From: Rhodospirillaceae bacterium
GTDB taxonomy: Bacteria > Pseudomonadota > Alphaproteobacteria > UBA828
DNA length: 52,345 nucleotides
Direction of reading: 5' to 3'
Assembly: GCA_002717225.1 (NCBI GenBank)
Contig: PBDG01000073.1
Location: forward strand, 1-52,345
Shown here piece after piece: positions 34,454 to 43,982 of the stretch. How positions within the stretch are numbered: the stretch's first letter is position 1; each line of letters starts with the position of its first letter. A program made the translations under genes and the position numbers. The notes below the pieces were generated by a model. The model did no database searches. It worked only from the letters and a program-made list of their open reading frames with translations, and had not been told where the DNA came from.

Positions 34454-35332
34454 TTACTTGATAATCCCCAGGGATTTCAGAGTGGCGCGAAGCTGTTTAC
34501 GATTGTCCGGGCTCATCTTGACCAACGGCAAGCGATATTCCTCCCGGCAAAAGCCCAACATGGCAGCCGCAGCCTTGACGGGCACGGGATTCGTCTCGAG
34601 GAACAAATCCTTGAACACAGGGTAGAATTTCTCATGTAACTTCAAGGCTGATCTGGCGTCGCCCTTCAAGAATCCATGGACCATTCGAACCATTTGTTTG
34701 GGAATAATGTTTGATGCAACACTGATCACACCACTGGCTCCAACAGACATGAAAGGCAGCGTCATCGAATCATCCCCACTTAGAATGAAGATCCTTTTCC
34801 CCAGCGCAGACCGCAGCTGATTGACTCTCTCCGGGGTGCCGCCCGCCTCCTTGATGGCCTTGATATTCGGACAATCCGCCGCCAGTCGAGTTACCGTATC
34901 CACGGCAATTTCAATGTTGCACCTCCCAGGAATGCTGTAGAGGCAAAGCGGCAAGTTGGTTGACTTGGCAATTGTACTGAAGTGAGCATACAGCCCTTCT
35001 TGACTGGGCTTGTTATAGTAAGGGCAAACTTGGAGGCTGGAGTCAGCGCCGGCATATTCAGCGGACTTTGTCAGATGAACGGCCTCGACCGTTGAGTTCG
35101 CACCTGTGCCCGCCATCACCTTCACGCGATCGCGCGCATAAAACACGGCTAACTCAATGATCCGCACGTGCTCCTCGAAATCAACGGTGGGCGACTCCCC
35201 GGTTGTCCCAACAGGCACAATTCCATCCACGCCAGCTTTTACTTGGCGTTCGACGAGATCTTTAAACGATGCCTCGTCGAGCTTGCCGTTGCGAAAGGGC
35301 GTAACGAGCGCGGTATAGACTCCTGTAAACAT
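34454..35332 (-). CDS. dapA: 4-hydroxy-tetrahydrodipicolinate synthase
   Basis: 292 aa. TALVTPF, VPVGTTGESPT, YNKP and AIKEAGG (active-site Lys region) are DapA hallmarks. Confidence 0.9.
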   Translation of the reverse strand: MFTGVYTALVTPFRNGKLDEASFKDLVERQVKAGVDGIVPVGTTGESPTVDFEEHVRIIELAVFYARDRVKVMAGTGANSTVEAVHLTKSAEYAGADSSLQVCPYYNKPSQEGLYAHFSTIAKSTNLPLCLYSIPGRCNIEIAVDTVTRLAADCPNIKAIKEAGGTPERVNQLRSALGKRIFILSGDDSMTLPFMSVGASGVISVASNIIPKQMVRMVHGFLKGDARSALKLHEKFYPVFKDLFLETNPVPVKAAAAMLGFCREEYRLPLVKMSPDNRKQLRATLKSLGIIK

Positions 35333-35378
35333 TGGACGGGCGGACGCTAACAGTTAACCAGGGGAACTTCAAAGTTTT

Positions 35379-36176
35379 TCAAACATCAATAACCCCATCG
35401 AAAACAAACTCCGCCGGACCAGTCAGCTGAACGCTCCTTAAATTATCATCGAAGGAAACTTCAAGAGTATCACCCCCAAGCACATCAACCTTTACGGGTG
35501 ATGAAAATCCTTCCAATCGACTGGCAATTATAGCACTAGCAGACACTCCTGTCCCACAGGCAAGCGTCTCTCCCACCCCACGTTCATACGTCCGAACTCG
35601 AATATGCTCAGGTTCCAAAATTTCCACAAAATTCACATTCGTGCCCGCCGGAGCGAAATGCTGATGATGCCGAATCTCATTGCCGAGTGAATCAACCATT
35701 GCGGCGTCCGCGTCTTCCACCATCAAGATCGCATGTGGCACCCCGGTATTAAGTGAATGAATCGCCCTCGTCCCAACCGAAAGGCTAACCTCTTCATTCA
35801 GCCTCAAATCACACGGATCAATCAGGCTCACAGTCACCCGCTCACCATCCAAGACCGCGCGGATAACACCACATCCCGTGAGGAATGAAATCTCACTGTT
35901 AACACCAACCCGTCTGGCAATGAATCGCGCAAAACACCGAGCTCCATTCCCACACATTTCAGCATCACTTCCGTCGCCATTATAAAAATCCCACGCCCAA
36001 TCCGCTTCCCCATCAGGGCAGCCCCTTAACAGGATTAATCCATCGGCCCCAACCCCCCTCTGACGATCACAAAGACGTGCCACTTGCTCACGAGAAAGTG
36101 ATACGAGGTCATTGCGATTGTCAATCAACACGAAATCGTTCCCCGCACCGTTCATCTTGGAAAACGCCAATTGCAT
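35379..36176 (-). CDS. dapF: Diaminopimelate epimerase
   Basis: FSKMNGAGNDFVLID plus the two catalytic Cys motifs MCGNGARC and ACGTG. Start taken at ATG 36176 (alternative 36197). Confidence 0.9.
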   Translation of the reverse strand: MQLAFSKMNGAGNDFVLIDNRNDLVSLSREQVARLCDRQRGVGADGLILLRGCPDGEADWAWDFYNGDGSDAEMCGNGARCFARFIARRVGVNSEISFLTGCGVIRAVLDGERVTVSLIDPCDLRLNEEVSLSVGTRAIHSLNTGVPHAILMVEDADAAMVDSLGNEIRHHQHFAPAGTNVNFVEILEPEHIRVRTYERGVGETLACGTGVSASAIIASRLEGFSSPVKVDVLGGDTLEVSFDDNLRSVQLTGPAEFVFDGVIDV

Positions 36177-36240
36177 GAGACACGCTAGCCCAAGCATCGG
36201 GAATGGTTCACGCCCAAAATGGCTTTACAATCATGGAAAA

Positions 36241-38292
36241 ATGCGGAGAATCCGCCGCGTGTCTGTGAAAATCAAGGGTTCCCCGGCTCGCGCTGGAGTG
36301 CCTGCGTCGCAACCTGACATTCAGCCTGAATCAGACTTGGAGGCCGCCATTCAGCGGTCTCGCGACTTCCTCTTGAGTCAACAACACCCCGATGGGCACT
36401 GGTGTTTTGAACTCATGGTTGATGCCACCCTAGTGGCCGACATGGTGGCCTATCACCATTGGGATCAAAGTGTGGATGAAGTCTGGCAAAAAAAGGCCGT
36501 CAACCACATCTTCTCGATGCAGCTCGAGGACGGCGGTTGGAACATTTACCTCAATGGCCCAGCGGAAATCAATGCCACTGTAAAATGCTATTTGGCACTC
36601 AAGCTCGCTGGGGTGCCTACAACTGACCCCCGCATGCTCAAGGCCCGCGAGATGGCCCACAACCTCGGCGGACCGCCGCGGATGAACACCTTCTCCAAGC
36701 TGTACCTTGCGCTCGTTGGCCTCTACCCTTGGAAGCACCTGCCCACCATTCCCGTGGAAACCATCTTGCTCGGCAAATTTTTCCACGTGAACTTCTACGA
36801 GATGAGTTCATGGAGCCGCTCCATGCTCGTGCCTTTGGCCATCATCAACCATTACAAGCCCACCCGACCTGTCGATGTCACCCTTGACGAGTTGTATCCC
36901 GATGGATTTCACGAGCGGGATCTGAAACTTCCTAAGGATCCGGAATTTTTAACCTGGCGCAATTTTTTCATCCACCTCGACAAACTTCACAAACTTGCCG
37001 AGTGGTTTGCCAAGAAAGGCATCCACCCATTCCGAAAACGAGCTCTCCGAAACGCCGAGCGCTGGATGCTGGAACGCTGCGAGGGTTCCAGTGGTTTGGC
37101 GGCGATTTTTCCCGCCATGCTCAACTGCCTGATCGCCCTGAAGGCCATGGGCTATCCCGACGACCATCCCGGGGTCATTCGGGCCGCCAAGGAACTAAAA
37201 AACCTCGAACACGAAACCGAGGATCGTGTCTGGCTGGAACCCTGCCTTTCGCCTGTCTGGGACACCGGCATTATAGAAATCTGCCTCCACGCAGCCGGTG
37301 TTCCCGCGGATGATGAATCCCTTCGTAAAACCACCGATTGGCTGCTGGACAGGGAAATCCGATTTCGTGGCGATTGGAAATTCAAGAACAACGCCGATGT
37401 GGAGCCCAGTGGATGGGCCTTTGAATACGACAACAAATGGAATCCCGATGTGGATGACACGGCCATGATCCTCATGGCGCTTCGGCGGGTTCCCGGGAGT
37501 GACCGCCGCCGCCGTGATGCCGCATTGGAGCGCGGCCTTAAATGGATGCTCTCCTTCCAGTGCAAGGATGGCGGCTGGGGTGCCTTTGACAAGGACTGCA
37601 CCAAAAATATTTTAAATAAAGTTCCTTTTGCCGACCATAATGCGATGCTGGATCCTGAATGCGCGGACATCACTGCCCGCATTCTTGAGTTCCTTGGCCA
37701 GGAAGGCTACGACCTAGACGATCCTCAGGTAAAAAAGGCCATTCAATTCCTCCGTGAAAATCAGGAGGAGGACGGTTCATGGTATGGCCGGTGGGGCGTC
37801 AATTATATTTATGGAACTTGGGCTGTCCTTCGCGGCCTACGATCCATCGGCCTCGACATGAACCAGCCGTGGCTGCAAAAAGCCCGCCGCTGGCTGGAGA
37901 CTGCCCAAAACGATGATGGTGGCTGGGGGGAACGCTGCAACACCTATGACGACCCCATCTACAAGGCGCAAGGACCGAGTACAGCCTCGCAAACTGCCTG
38001 GGCAATCATGGGATTACAATCTTTTGGTGAAACCTCCTGCACCTCCATCAGCAGAGGCATTGAGTATCTTGTCCGAAACCAGAACGCGGACGGAAGTTGG
38101 ACGGAGAATGAAACCACCGGAACAGGTTTTCCCCGAGTGTTCTACCTGAAATACGACAGCTACCGCAACGCATGGCCATTGCTTGCCCTAGCTGAGCAAC
38201 AGGAGCACGAGAAACTCAACCTCATCCGCAACGGACACCATCTGAATGGTAAGCAAAAAGCCAATGGTGAATATGCCGGCGCAGCCCGATGA
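36241..38292 (+). CDS. shc: Squalene-hopene cyclase
   Basis: About 683 aa from ATG 36241. There are multiple QW-type repeats (QQHPDGHW, QLEDGGW, QCKDGGWG, QEEDGSW, QNDDGGWG, QNADGSW) and the catalytic DVDDTA motif. Confidence 0.9.
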   Translation: MRRIRRVSVKIKGSPARAGVPASQPDIQPESDLEAAIQRSRDFLLSQQHPDGHWCFELMVDATLVADMVAYHHWDQSVDEVWQKKAVNHIFSMQLEDGGWNIYLNGPAEINATVKCYLALKLAGVPTTDPRMLKAREMAHNLGGPPRMNTFSKLYLALVGLYPWKHLPTIPVETILLGKFFHVNFYEMSSWSRSMLVPLAIINHYKPTRPVDVTLDELYPDGFHERDLKLPKDPEFLTWRNFFIHLDKLHKLAEWFAKKGIHPFRKRALRNAERWMLERCEGSSGLAAIFPAMLNCLIALKAMGYPDDHPGVIRAAKELKNLEHETEDRVWLEPCLSPVWDTGIIEICLHAAGVPADDESLRKTTDWLLDREIRFRGDWKFKNNADVEPSGWAFEYDNKWNPDVDDTAMILMALRRVPGSDRRRRDAALERGLKWMLSFQCKDGGWGAFDKDCTKNILNKVPFADHNAMLDPECADITARILEFLGQEGYDLDDPQVKKAIQFLRENQEEDGSWYGRWGVNYIYGTWAVLRGLRSIGLDMNQPWLQKARRWLETAQNDDGGWGERCNTYDDPIYKAQGPSTASQTAWAIMGLQSFGETSCTSISRGIEYLVRNQNADGSWTENETTGTGFPRVFYLKYDSYRNAWPLLALAEQQEHEKLNLIRNGHHLNGKQKANGEYAGAAR

Positions 38293-38945
38293 AGCCCAAT
38301 ATCCTCGCCTGCTTTGCGGTTGAGGAAGAAGCCAAACCCTTCCGAAAAATCGCGCGCGACTATTCCGCAATACAAATTCTGATTACCGGAATCGGCCGTA
38401 ATAATGCTCGCAAGGCAACGCTTCGCGCTATCGAACAGACCTTGCCTGAATCTGTTTTTACCTGTGGCTTTGCAGGCGGATTAAACCCCGCTCATTCCAG
38501 TGGCAGAGTCCTCTATGCCTGTGATGAATCATTTCCATATCATGATTCACTCGCTGAAGCAGGAGCCATTTCCGCATCCTTCTATTGCGCGGAACGGGTT
38601 CTGATAACCGCTGATGAAAAAGAAATCGCCCGAGACACCACCCAAGCAGACGCCGTAGAAATGGAGTCAGGCGCAATCTGGGAAGTATGTCAGAAATCAT
38701 CCATACCATGCTGCACTCTGCGTGTTGTCAGTGATGCCGCAAACGAAACACTCCCCTTGGATTTCAACCGGACACTTTCATCCGACCACACCATCAGCCA
38801 TACCGCATTGGCCAAGGAGCTACTAAAAAACCCCGGTCGAATTCCAGAACTGATCCGTTTTAGGCGTCAAATTACGGGATGCGCCGAACGCCTTGCCACC
38901 GTGCTCGCCCGTGCAGTGTTGCCCCAGATTCAATCCAAGCCATAA
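38289..38945 (+). CDS. hpnG: PNP/UDP-type nucleosidase, hopanoid-associated phosphorylase (HpnG-like)
   Basis: 218 aa. The start overlaps the shc stop (ATGA at 38289-38292). GFAGGLNP, ADAVEMESGAI and LRVVSDAANE are nucleosidase-fold motifs. The HpnG call rests partly on the position next to shc. Confidence 0.6.
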   Translation: MKPNILACFAVEEEAKPFRKIARDYSAIQILITGIGRNNARKATLRAIEQTLPESVFTCGFAGGLNPAHSSGRVLYACDESFPYHDSLAEAGAISASFYCAERVLITADEKEIARDTTQADAVEMESGAIWEVCQKSSIPCCTLRVVSDAANETLPLDFNRTLSSDHTISHTALAKELLKNPGRIPELIRFRRQITGCAERLATVLARAVLPQIQSKP

Positions 38946-39805
38946 TTTGGCTTGACCATCCCTAAACGAATCCGCAACCAAGTTCGAAGAATAAGCCAAA
39001 GTTTCCTCGGCTTGCCCAAGCGAGCCGTTGGCCCTTCAAAAACCTGAAAGCGATCACGTTCCAACACCCGCAAGATATTCCAATAAACAGCCCCCATGGA
39101 CTCTGCGGCAACCATCGAACAACGCTCCCCCTTAGGTAATAACTCGGCGGCTTTCTGATAGTGCATTCTTGCCCACACGGCCATGTCTGCCGCTACGTGG
39201 TGAAATTCAGGAGAATAGCTCAGACTCAACAACGAGGCCTCATCCACCTCACATCGACGCAACTCCTCACGCGGCAAATATATCCTCCCTCTTTCCGCAT
39301 CGTTTCTGACATCCCGAAGAATATTCGTAATTTGAAGGGCCTTGCCCAAGTGGATCGCATAATCACGAACGGCAGAATCCCTGTAGCCAAAAATTTCAAT
39401 GCTCAATAAGCCGACCACCGAGGCCACCCGATAGCAATAGAGATCAAGCTCATCAAGCGTCTCGTAGCGGTCCTGCCTCAAATCAGTCTCGACCCCGAGA
39501 AGCAACTCATCGAAAAGTGAGAAGGGAAGCTTGTAGTGTTGAACCACGGGCTTCAGTTCCTGATTAACCGCCATGCGAGGTTCGCCACCCTCACATGCCC
39601 TCTTCACATCCTCCCGCCATTCCGCCAGCGATTCACGTCGATCATCGATGGATCGCGTGTCTTCATCTGCCACATCATCCACTTCACGACAGAATGCGTA
39701 GAGCACAGACATGGCCTCGCGTTTTTCGCGACCCAAGGCAATGAAGGCGAAGGCCAAATTGGAGGCACTCCGGCGGGTGATGACCTGGCTGGTCTGCATC
39801 CCCAA
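38930..39805 (-). CDS. Squalene/phytoene synthase-family enzyme (HpnD/presqualene diphosphate synthase or squalene synthase-like)
   Basis: About 291 aa. YAFCREVDDVADE is the first Asp-rich motif, and ALQITNILRDVRNDAERGRIYLP holds the second Asp-rich region. The start is TTG 39805 or ATG 39799, 2-8 nt after the ntrC-family stop. Confidence 0.75.
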   Translation of the reverse strand: MGMQTSQVITRRSASNLAFAFIALGREKREAMSVLYAFCREVDDVADEDTRSIDDRRESLAEWREDVKRACEGGEPRMAVNQELKPVVQHYKLPFSLFDELLLGVETDLRQDRYETLDELDLYCYRVASVVGLLSIEIFGYRDSAVRDYAIHLGKALQITNILRDVRNDAERGRIYLPREELRRCEVDEASLLSLSYSPEFHHVAADMAVWARMHYQKAAELLPKGERCSMVAAESMGAVYWNILRVLERDRFQVFEGPTARLGKPRKLWLILRTWLRIRLGMVKPNYGLD

Positions 39806-39807
39806 GA

Positions 39808-41232
39808 TCAGGCGTCATCCTCATTGCTGCCCGGCAGCAAATTCAACCGTTGCATGCGGTAACGGAGCGCGTGACGAGTCATCTTGAGCTGTTCAGCAGT
39901 CTTGTTCATGTTGTGCTGATTCTTTTCAAGCGCCTCAGAAATAATACCTGTCTCAAACTCAAGAACGGCCTCCTCGAATGATTGCCCCGGACGTATGCCC
40001 GCGTGTTTGTCCCCATTCCCTCCACCCGAGCGCAGTCGCGCCTCAACCTCAAAATCCGGCAAACTGCCCGCGTCAATTTCCTCCCCCGTTTCCAGAATGA
40101 CCGCGCGTTCAGTCACATTGCGCAATTCCCGGACATTGCCCGGCCAATTATGCGACAACAACTTTTGCTCCGCGGCGTCCGCCAGTGGAAGCGTGGTCTT
40201 GCCAATGGCAAAACTGTGCTGCTTGAGGAAGTGCTGCGCCAACACAAGAATGTCCGCGCCCCGCTCCCGCAATGGTGGTGGCCGAAATTGAACCACATTG
40301 AGGCGGTGAAATAAATCTTCACGAAACTGGTTTTCGGTGATGGCCTCAACAATATCACGATTCGTGGCCGCGATGATCCTAACATTCACCTTCCTTTCAT
40401 CATTGCCACCCACCCGGGTAAATGTTCCATCCTCAAGAAACCTCAGCAACTTGGCCTGCAACGGTCGGCTCATGTCTCCAATTTCATCCAGAAAAATCGT
40501 GCCTCCATCCGCCTCTTCCACACGACCATTCTTTTGCCTCAAGGCCCCGGTGAAGGCCCCCTTCTCGTGACCAAACAATTCACTCTCCAGAAGAGATTCG
40601 GGGATGGCTGCGCAATTGATGCGAATGTAATTCTTCTCCCTGCGCTCGCTCAACATGTGGAGCGAACCCGCGATCAATTCCTTGCCCGTGCCACTTTCTC
40701 CAAGAATCAAAACCGTCGCATCCGTCGGCCCAACTGTGCGGATCAACTGGCGCATTTCCGCCACTTTCTCGCAATCGCCGACGATTTGATCCACTTCATA
40801 GACCTCACTCGTTCGCGCCCGCAGATTAGTGTTTTCTTGAATGAGCCGGAACCGCTCATGACAGCGCTCAACTGCATGCAGCAATTCTTCCGGCGCAAAC
40901 GGCTTGGAAAGATAATCCGCGGCCCCGTTCTGGATTGCCTCAACCGCCAGCTTGGGAGTTGCGAAGGCAGTGATTACAATGGCTGGCAGGTTGGGCCAGT
41001 CGCGTTTGAGATGCTTCAACAACTCGTACCCGCTGATCCCCCCCAGACGACCATCGGTGATAACCATGAAAAACTCACTTCCGGCGTCCCGCAACATGTT
41101 CAACGCCAGTTCCGCCGATTCCGCCAACTCCACCCCATAGCCTTCGGCGGCGAGGATATCTTGGATCGACTCGCGCATGTTCGGCTCGTCGTCCACCACC
41201 AGGACAGGTGGCAATTTTCCCTTGATGCTCAT
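39808..41232 (-). CDS. Sigma-54-dependent response regulator (REC + AAA+ + Fis-type HTH; NtrC family)
   Basis: 474 aa. REC domain (VLVVDDEPNMR...ITDGRL), Walker A GESGTGKE, the GAFTGA sigma-54 contact motif and a C-terminal HTH (NMNKTAEQLKMTRHALRYRM). Confidence 0.9.
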   Translation of the reverse strand: MSIKGKLPPVLVVDDEPNMRESIQDILAAEGYGVELAESAELALNMLRDAGSEFFMVITDGRLGGISGYELLKHLKRDWPNLPAIVITAFATPKLAVEAIQNGAADYLSKPFAPEELLHAVERCHERFRLIQENTNLRARTSEVYEVDQIVGDCEKVAEMRQLIRTVGPTDATVLILGESGTGKELIAGSLHMLSERREKNYIRINCAAIPESLLESELFGHEKGAFTGALRQKNGRVEEADGGTIFLDEIGDMSRPLQAKLLRFLEDGTFTRVGGNDERKVNVRIIAATNRDIVEAITENQFREDLFHRLNVVQFRPPPLRERGADILVLAQHFLKQHSFAIGKTTLPLADAAEQKLLSHNWPGNVRELRNVTERAVILETGEEIDAGSLPDFEVEARLRSGGGNGDKHAGIRPGQSFEEAVLEFETGIISEALEKNQHNMNKTAEQLKMTRHALRYRMQRLNLLPGSNEDDA

Positions 41233-42812
41233 GTTTGTTGGAGGGCGCGGGTTGGCAACGTTATGACGAATTCCGTTCCCTTTCCAAGCTTTGAATCCAC
41301 ATCGATGGTCCGACCGTACAACTCAATGTTTTGTTTCACTATGGCCAGCCCAAGCCCAGTGCCCCTTTCCTTGGTGCTGAAATAAGCTTCAAAAACCCTC
41401 TCCAGATGGTCGCCGGCAATCCCTTCCCCTTCGTCCTTGACGCTAAAACGAATGGAAAAATCTCGGGTTGTGCGCGCGCTGATGTGAACATTCCCCTTGT
41501 TTTCACAGGCTTCACGAGCATTCACCAGCAGATTAACCAGAATTTCCCTGAGATGTCCTCGCTGCATCATGATTGCCGGCAAATCCTCCTCCACGCGAAC
41601 ATTTGCGCTGACATCAAAGTTTGCATGATTCGGAAACGCCTCAGAAATAGCTAGGCTCAGTTCCTCTTCAAAATCAAGTCGCTCCACCCGGCCTTCTGAC
41701 AACTGTGCATATCCCATCAACTCCGTGAGTATGACATCCGACCGGGCCACCTCATCCCGAATCATCCCCACCTGTTTTTTGACCGCATCATCCTGTTCGT
41801 GCAATCGTCGATCCAACGTGAACGCAGCGTTATTGATGATCGCCAAGGGATTTTTCATTCGATGCGCTATCTCTGCCGCCAATCTTCCGGTTGAACGAAG
41901 CTGCTCCTTGCGCAATGCATATTCCCGTGCTTCCCGTTGCGCCTCTCGATCCCGGTCAACCAAAACCTGCACTCCATAACAAAGCGCAATCCAAAGCATC
42001 AGGAAACATATCCGGATTGAAAAAAGAGAACTCGCCAGCCTCTCCTCCTCGTCCTTCAACTCTCTTTGACTTCCCAAGTCCACCATCTGATGCGTGCGTC
42101 CCACACGATTAGTTGAACTAACAATCATCTCGGTCCCATTTCCCGCCACGGGTTCCCCATTCGTTGATTGAGAACCTTGGATTAAATTCGTGCTCTCCCA
42201 GTGAAATTTGTTGGATGAGATGACATAATGCGGCGTGTACACGCGAATCCAATTTTCGCGAGTCATCGTCTCCGCGCTTTCCCGGCTCGGGAGCACATAC
42301 TGGAACCAAATAAAAATTGAGATCACGTAACAACCCACGGTCACCAGGTTCACAGCCACTTGAGTCATGGGAATGGGGATGCTGATTGCATTGCGCACCA
42401 CAAGCACCAGAAATACCCAGTACACCACGCTATCAATTCCCGCAGTGATCAGGATCAATCCCGAAATCACAACCGCATCCACCACATTCATCAAGACAGT
42501 GAACCAATGTACCACCCGCAACGCCCAGTGATTAAAAAAAACAAAAAAGCCGACCGCCCCAACATTGATGATAAGGTAGGCAAAGAACATCTGTTTAACC
42601 GCCTCGTGAAACGCCTCCTCAGCCGGCTGCGGATCCGGCCAAATCTCCTTCCAGTAGAGAAGAAAATAGGCTGTCAGCCCAAGAACAGCGATTTTCACCG
42701 GCACGCCAATATCCCGCTCCATCAGCTTGAGCCGCTTATAATGCTGCTCATGATCAATCGACGAAGTCGTGATCAACTTGAAAAAACGCGCGATGGGCTG
42801 CAAATAGTTCAT
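41229..42812 (-). CDS. Membrane sensor histidine kinase (multi-TM N-terminal sensor domain)
   Basis: 527 aa. The N-terminal half has about 6-7 hydrophobic helices. H-box AAEIAHRMKNPL, an N-box region NLLVNAREA, and G-boxes DEGEGI / GTGLGLAIV. The stop overlaps the regulator start (ATGA). Confidence 0.85.
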   Translation of the reverse strand: MNYLQPIARFFKLITTSSIDHEQHYKRLKLMERDIGVPVKIAVLGLTAYFLLYWKEIWPDPQPAEEAFHEAVKQMFFAYLIINVGAVGFFVFFNHWALRVVHWFTVLMNVVDAVVISGLILITAGIDSVVYWVFLVLVVRNAISIPIPMTQVAVNLVTVGCYVISIFIWFQYVLPSRESAETMTRENWIRVYTPHYVISSNKFHWESTNLIQGSQSTNGEPVAGNGTEMIVSSTNRVGRTHQMVDLGSQRELKDEEERLASSLFSIRICFLMLWIALCYGVQVLVDRDREAQREAREYALRKEQLRSTGRLAAEIAHRMKNPLAIINNAAFTLDRRLHEQDDAVKKQVGMIRDEVARSDVILTELMGYAQLSEGRVERLDFEEELSLAISEAFPNHANFDVSANVRVEEDLPAIMMQRGHLREILVNLLVNAREACENKGNVHISARTTRDFSIRFSVKDEGEGIAGDHLERVFEAYFSTKERGTGLGLAIVKQNIELYGRTIDVDSKLGKGTEFVITLPTRALQQT

Positions 42813-42839
42813 ATCCGCCTGTTAAATTGGCCGCGCATC

Positions 42840-43403
42840 CTATTCTCCCTTCCCGAGAATTTGCAACGCCCGATCCGCTATTCCCTCCACTTCCCACAAG
42901 CGCCCCAAGCCCTCGTACCCACAAGCCAAATCCCCCTTCCCCGGCCCAATAAATTCCACTCCACGATCTCGCAACACACCCACATTGACCTCCGTTGCTG
43001 GGTGATTCCACATCCGGCCATTCATGGCTGGCGCAATCACGATCCGCGCCTCTGGCCGAAGCGTCAACGCAATGCACGAAAGAGCATCATCCGCCAAACC
43101 ATTCGCCATCTTGCCAATGATGTTTGCCGTCGCCGGAGCAACCAGCAACAAGTCTCCTTCATCCGCCAATCGAACATGCGCAGGCCGCCACCCTTCCTCC
43201 TCATCATACAGGTCGGTCACCACCGGCTGGCGCGACAATGTCTTGAACGGCAGCGGGGTCACAAATTTTTGGGCGTCGACGGTCATCACCACGCTGACAG
43301 ACGCCCCGCCCTTGACCAACAAGCTGCATAAATCCACCGCCCGATGCGCTGCGATCGAGCCGCAAACACCCAGCACAATCCGACTGCCCTCAAGCTCACT
43401 CAT
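42840..43403 (-). CDS. coaC: Phosphopantothenoylcysteine decarboxylase (stand-alone CoaC flavoprotein domain)
   Basis: About 187 aa from ATG 43403. VLGVCGSIAAHRA, LLLVAPATANIIGKMANGLADD, APAMNGRMW and GDLACGYEGLGR are CoaC/HFCD motifs. No CoaB (CTP-ligase) half follows. Confidence 0.8.
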   Translation of the reverse strand: MSELEGSRIVLGVCGSIAAHRAVDLCSLLVKGGASVSVVMTVDAQKFVTPLPFKTLSRQPVVTDLYDEEEGWRPAHVRLADEGDLLLVAPATANIIGKMANGLADDALSCIALTLRPEARIVIAPAMNGRMWNHPATEVNVGVLRDRGVEFIGPGKGDLACGYEGLGRLWEVEGIADRALQILGKGE

Positions 43404-43982
43404 CACCCCGGGACTCCCTGTAAACTTCCTGCACCCATTGCCAATCCTCTTCCATCGATCCACTCACCCGCACGTGATCAAAATGCCCGGCTTCAGCTAT
43501 TTCCGACTCCGCAACAGCCAGCCGCTCTCCAATCACATCCAATGCGTCCTTTCCGCGCGACACCAACCTTGCCCGCAATTCATCGATGGTCTCAGTCACA
43601 ATATAAACCGACACCAACGCCTCGCCCAAGCGAACATCCCCAGCCGCCAACTCTTGCACGGCCAAGGCTCCCTGAACATCGTTCACCAAGAGCACATCAC
43701 CGCCTGCCGCCAATTGCTCCAAGACATCCTTTTTTAATGTACCATATCTTCTACCATAAACCTTAGCCTGTTCCAGGAATTCTCCCGCCTCAACCCGCCG
43801 CCCAAACTCTTCTTCCCCGAGAAAATGATAATCAACCCCATCAGTCTCTCCTTCCCGGGGGGCACGGGTCGTACAGGTTACCACTCGGCGCAGTCCTGCG
43901 TTCTCCTTCAGCAGCCGCTTTGCCACCGTGGTTTTGCCCGCCCCGAGGGTCCGGACAACATCAGCAATACCGGTCCAGACAT
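43396..43982 (-). CDS. gmk: Guanylate kinase with an apparent -1 frameshift inside the P-loop codons
   Basis: ATG 43982 opens MSGPVLLMLSGPSG and then runs out of frame into a stop. Track ORF 43396..43926 continues (A)GKTTVAKRLL...TTRAPREGETDGVDYHF in the -1 frame. The junction is the GGGG run at 43941-43944. Confidence 0.8.
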
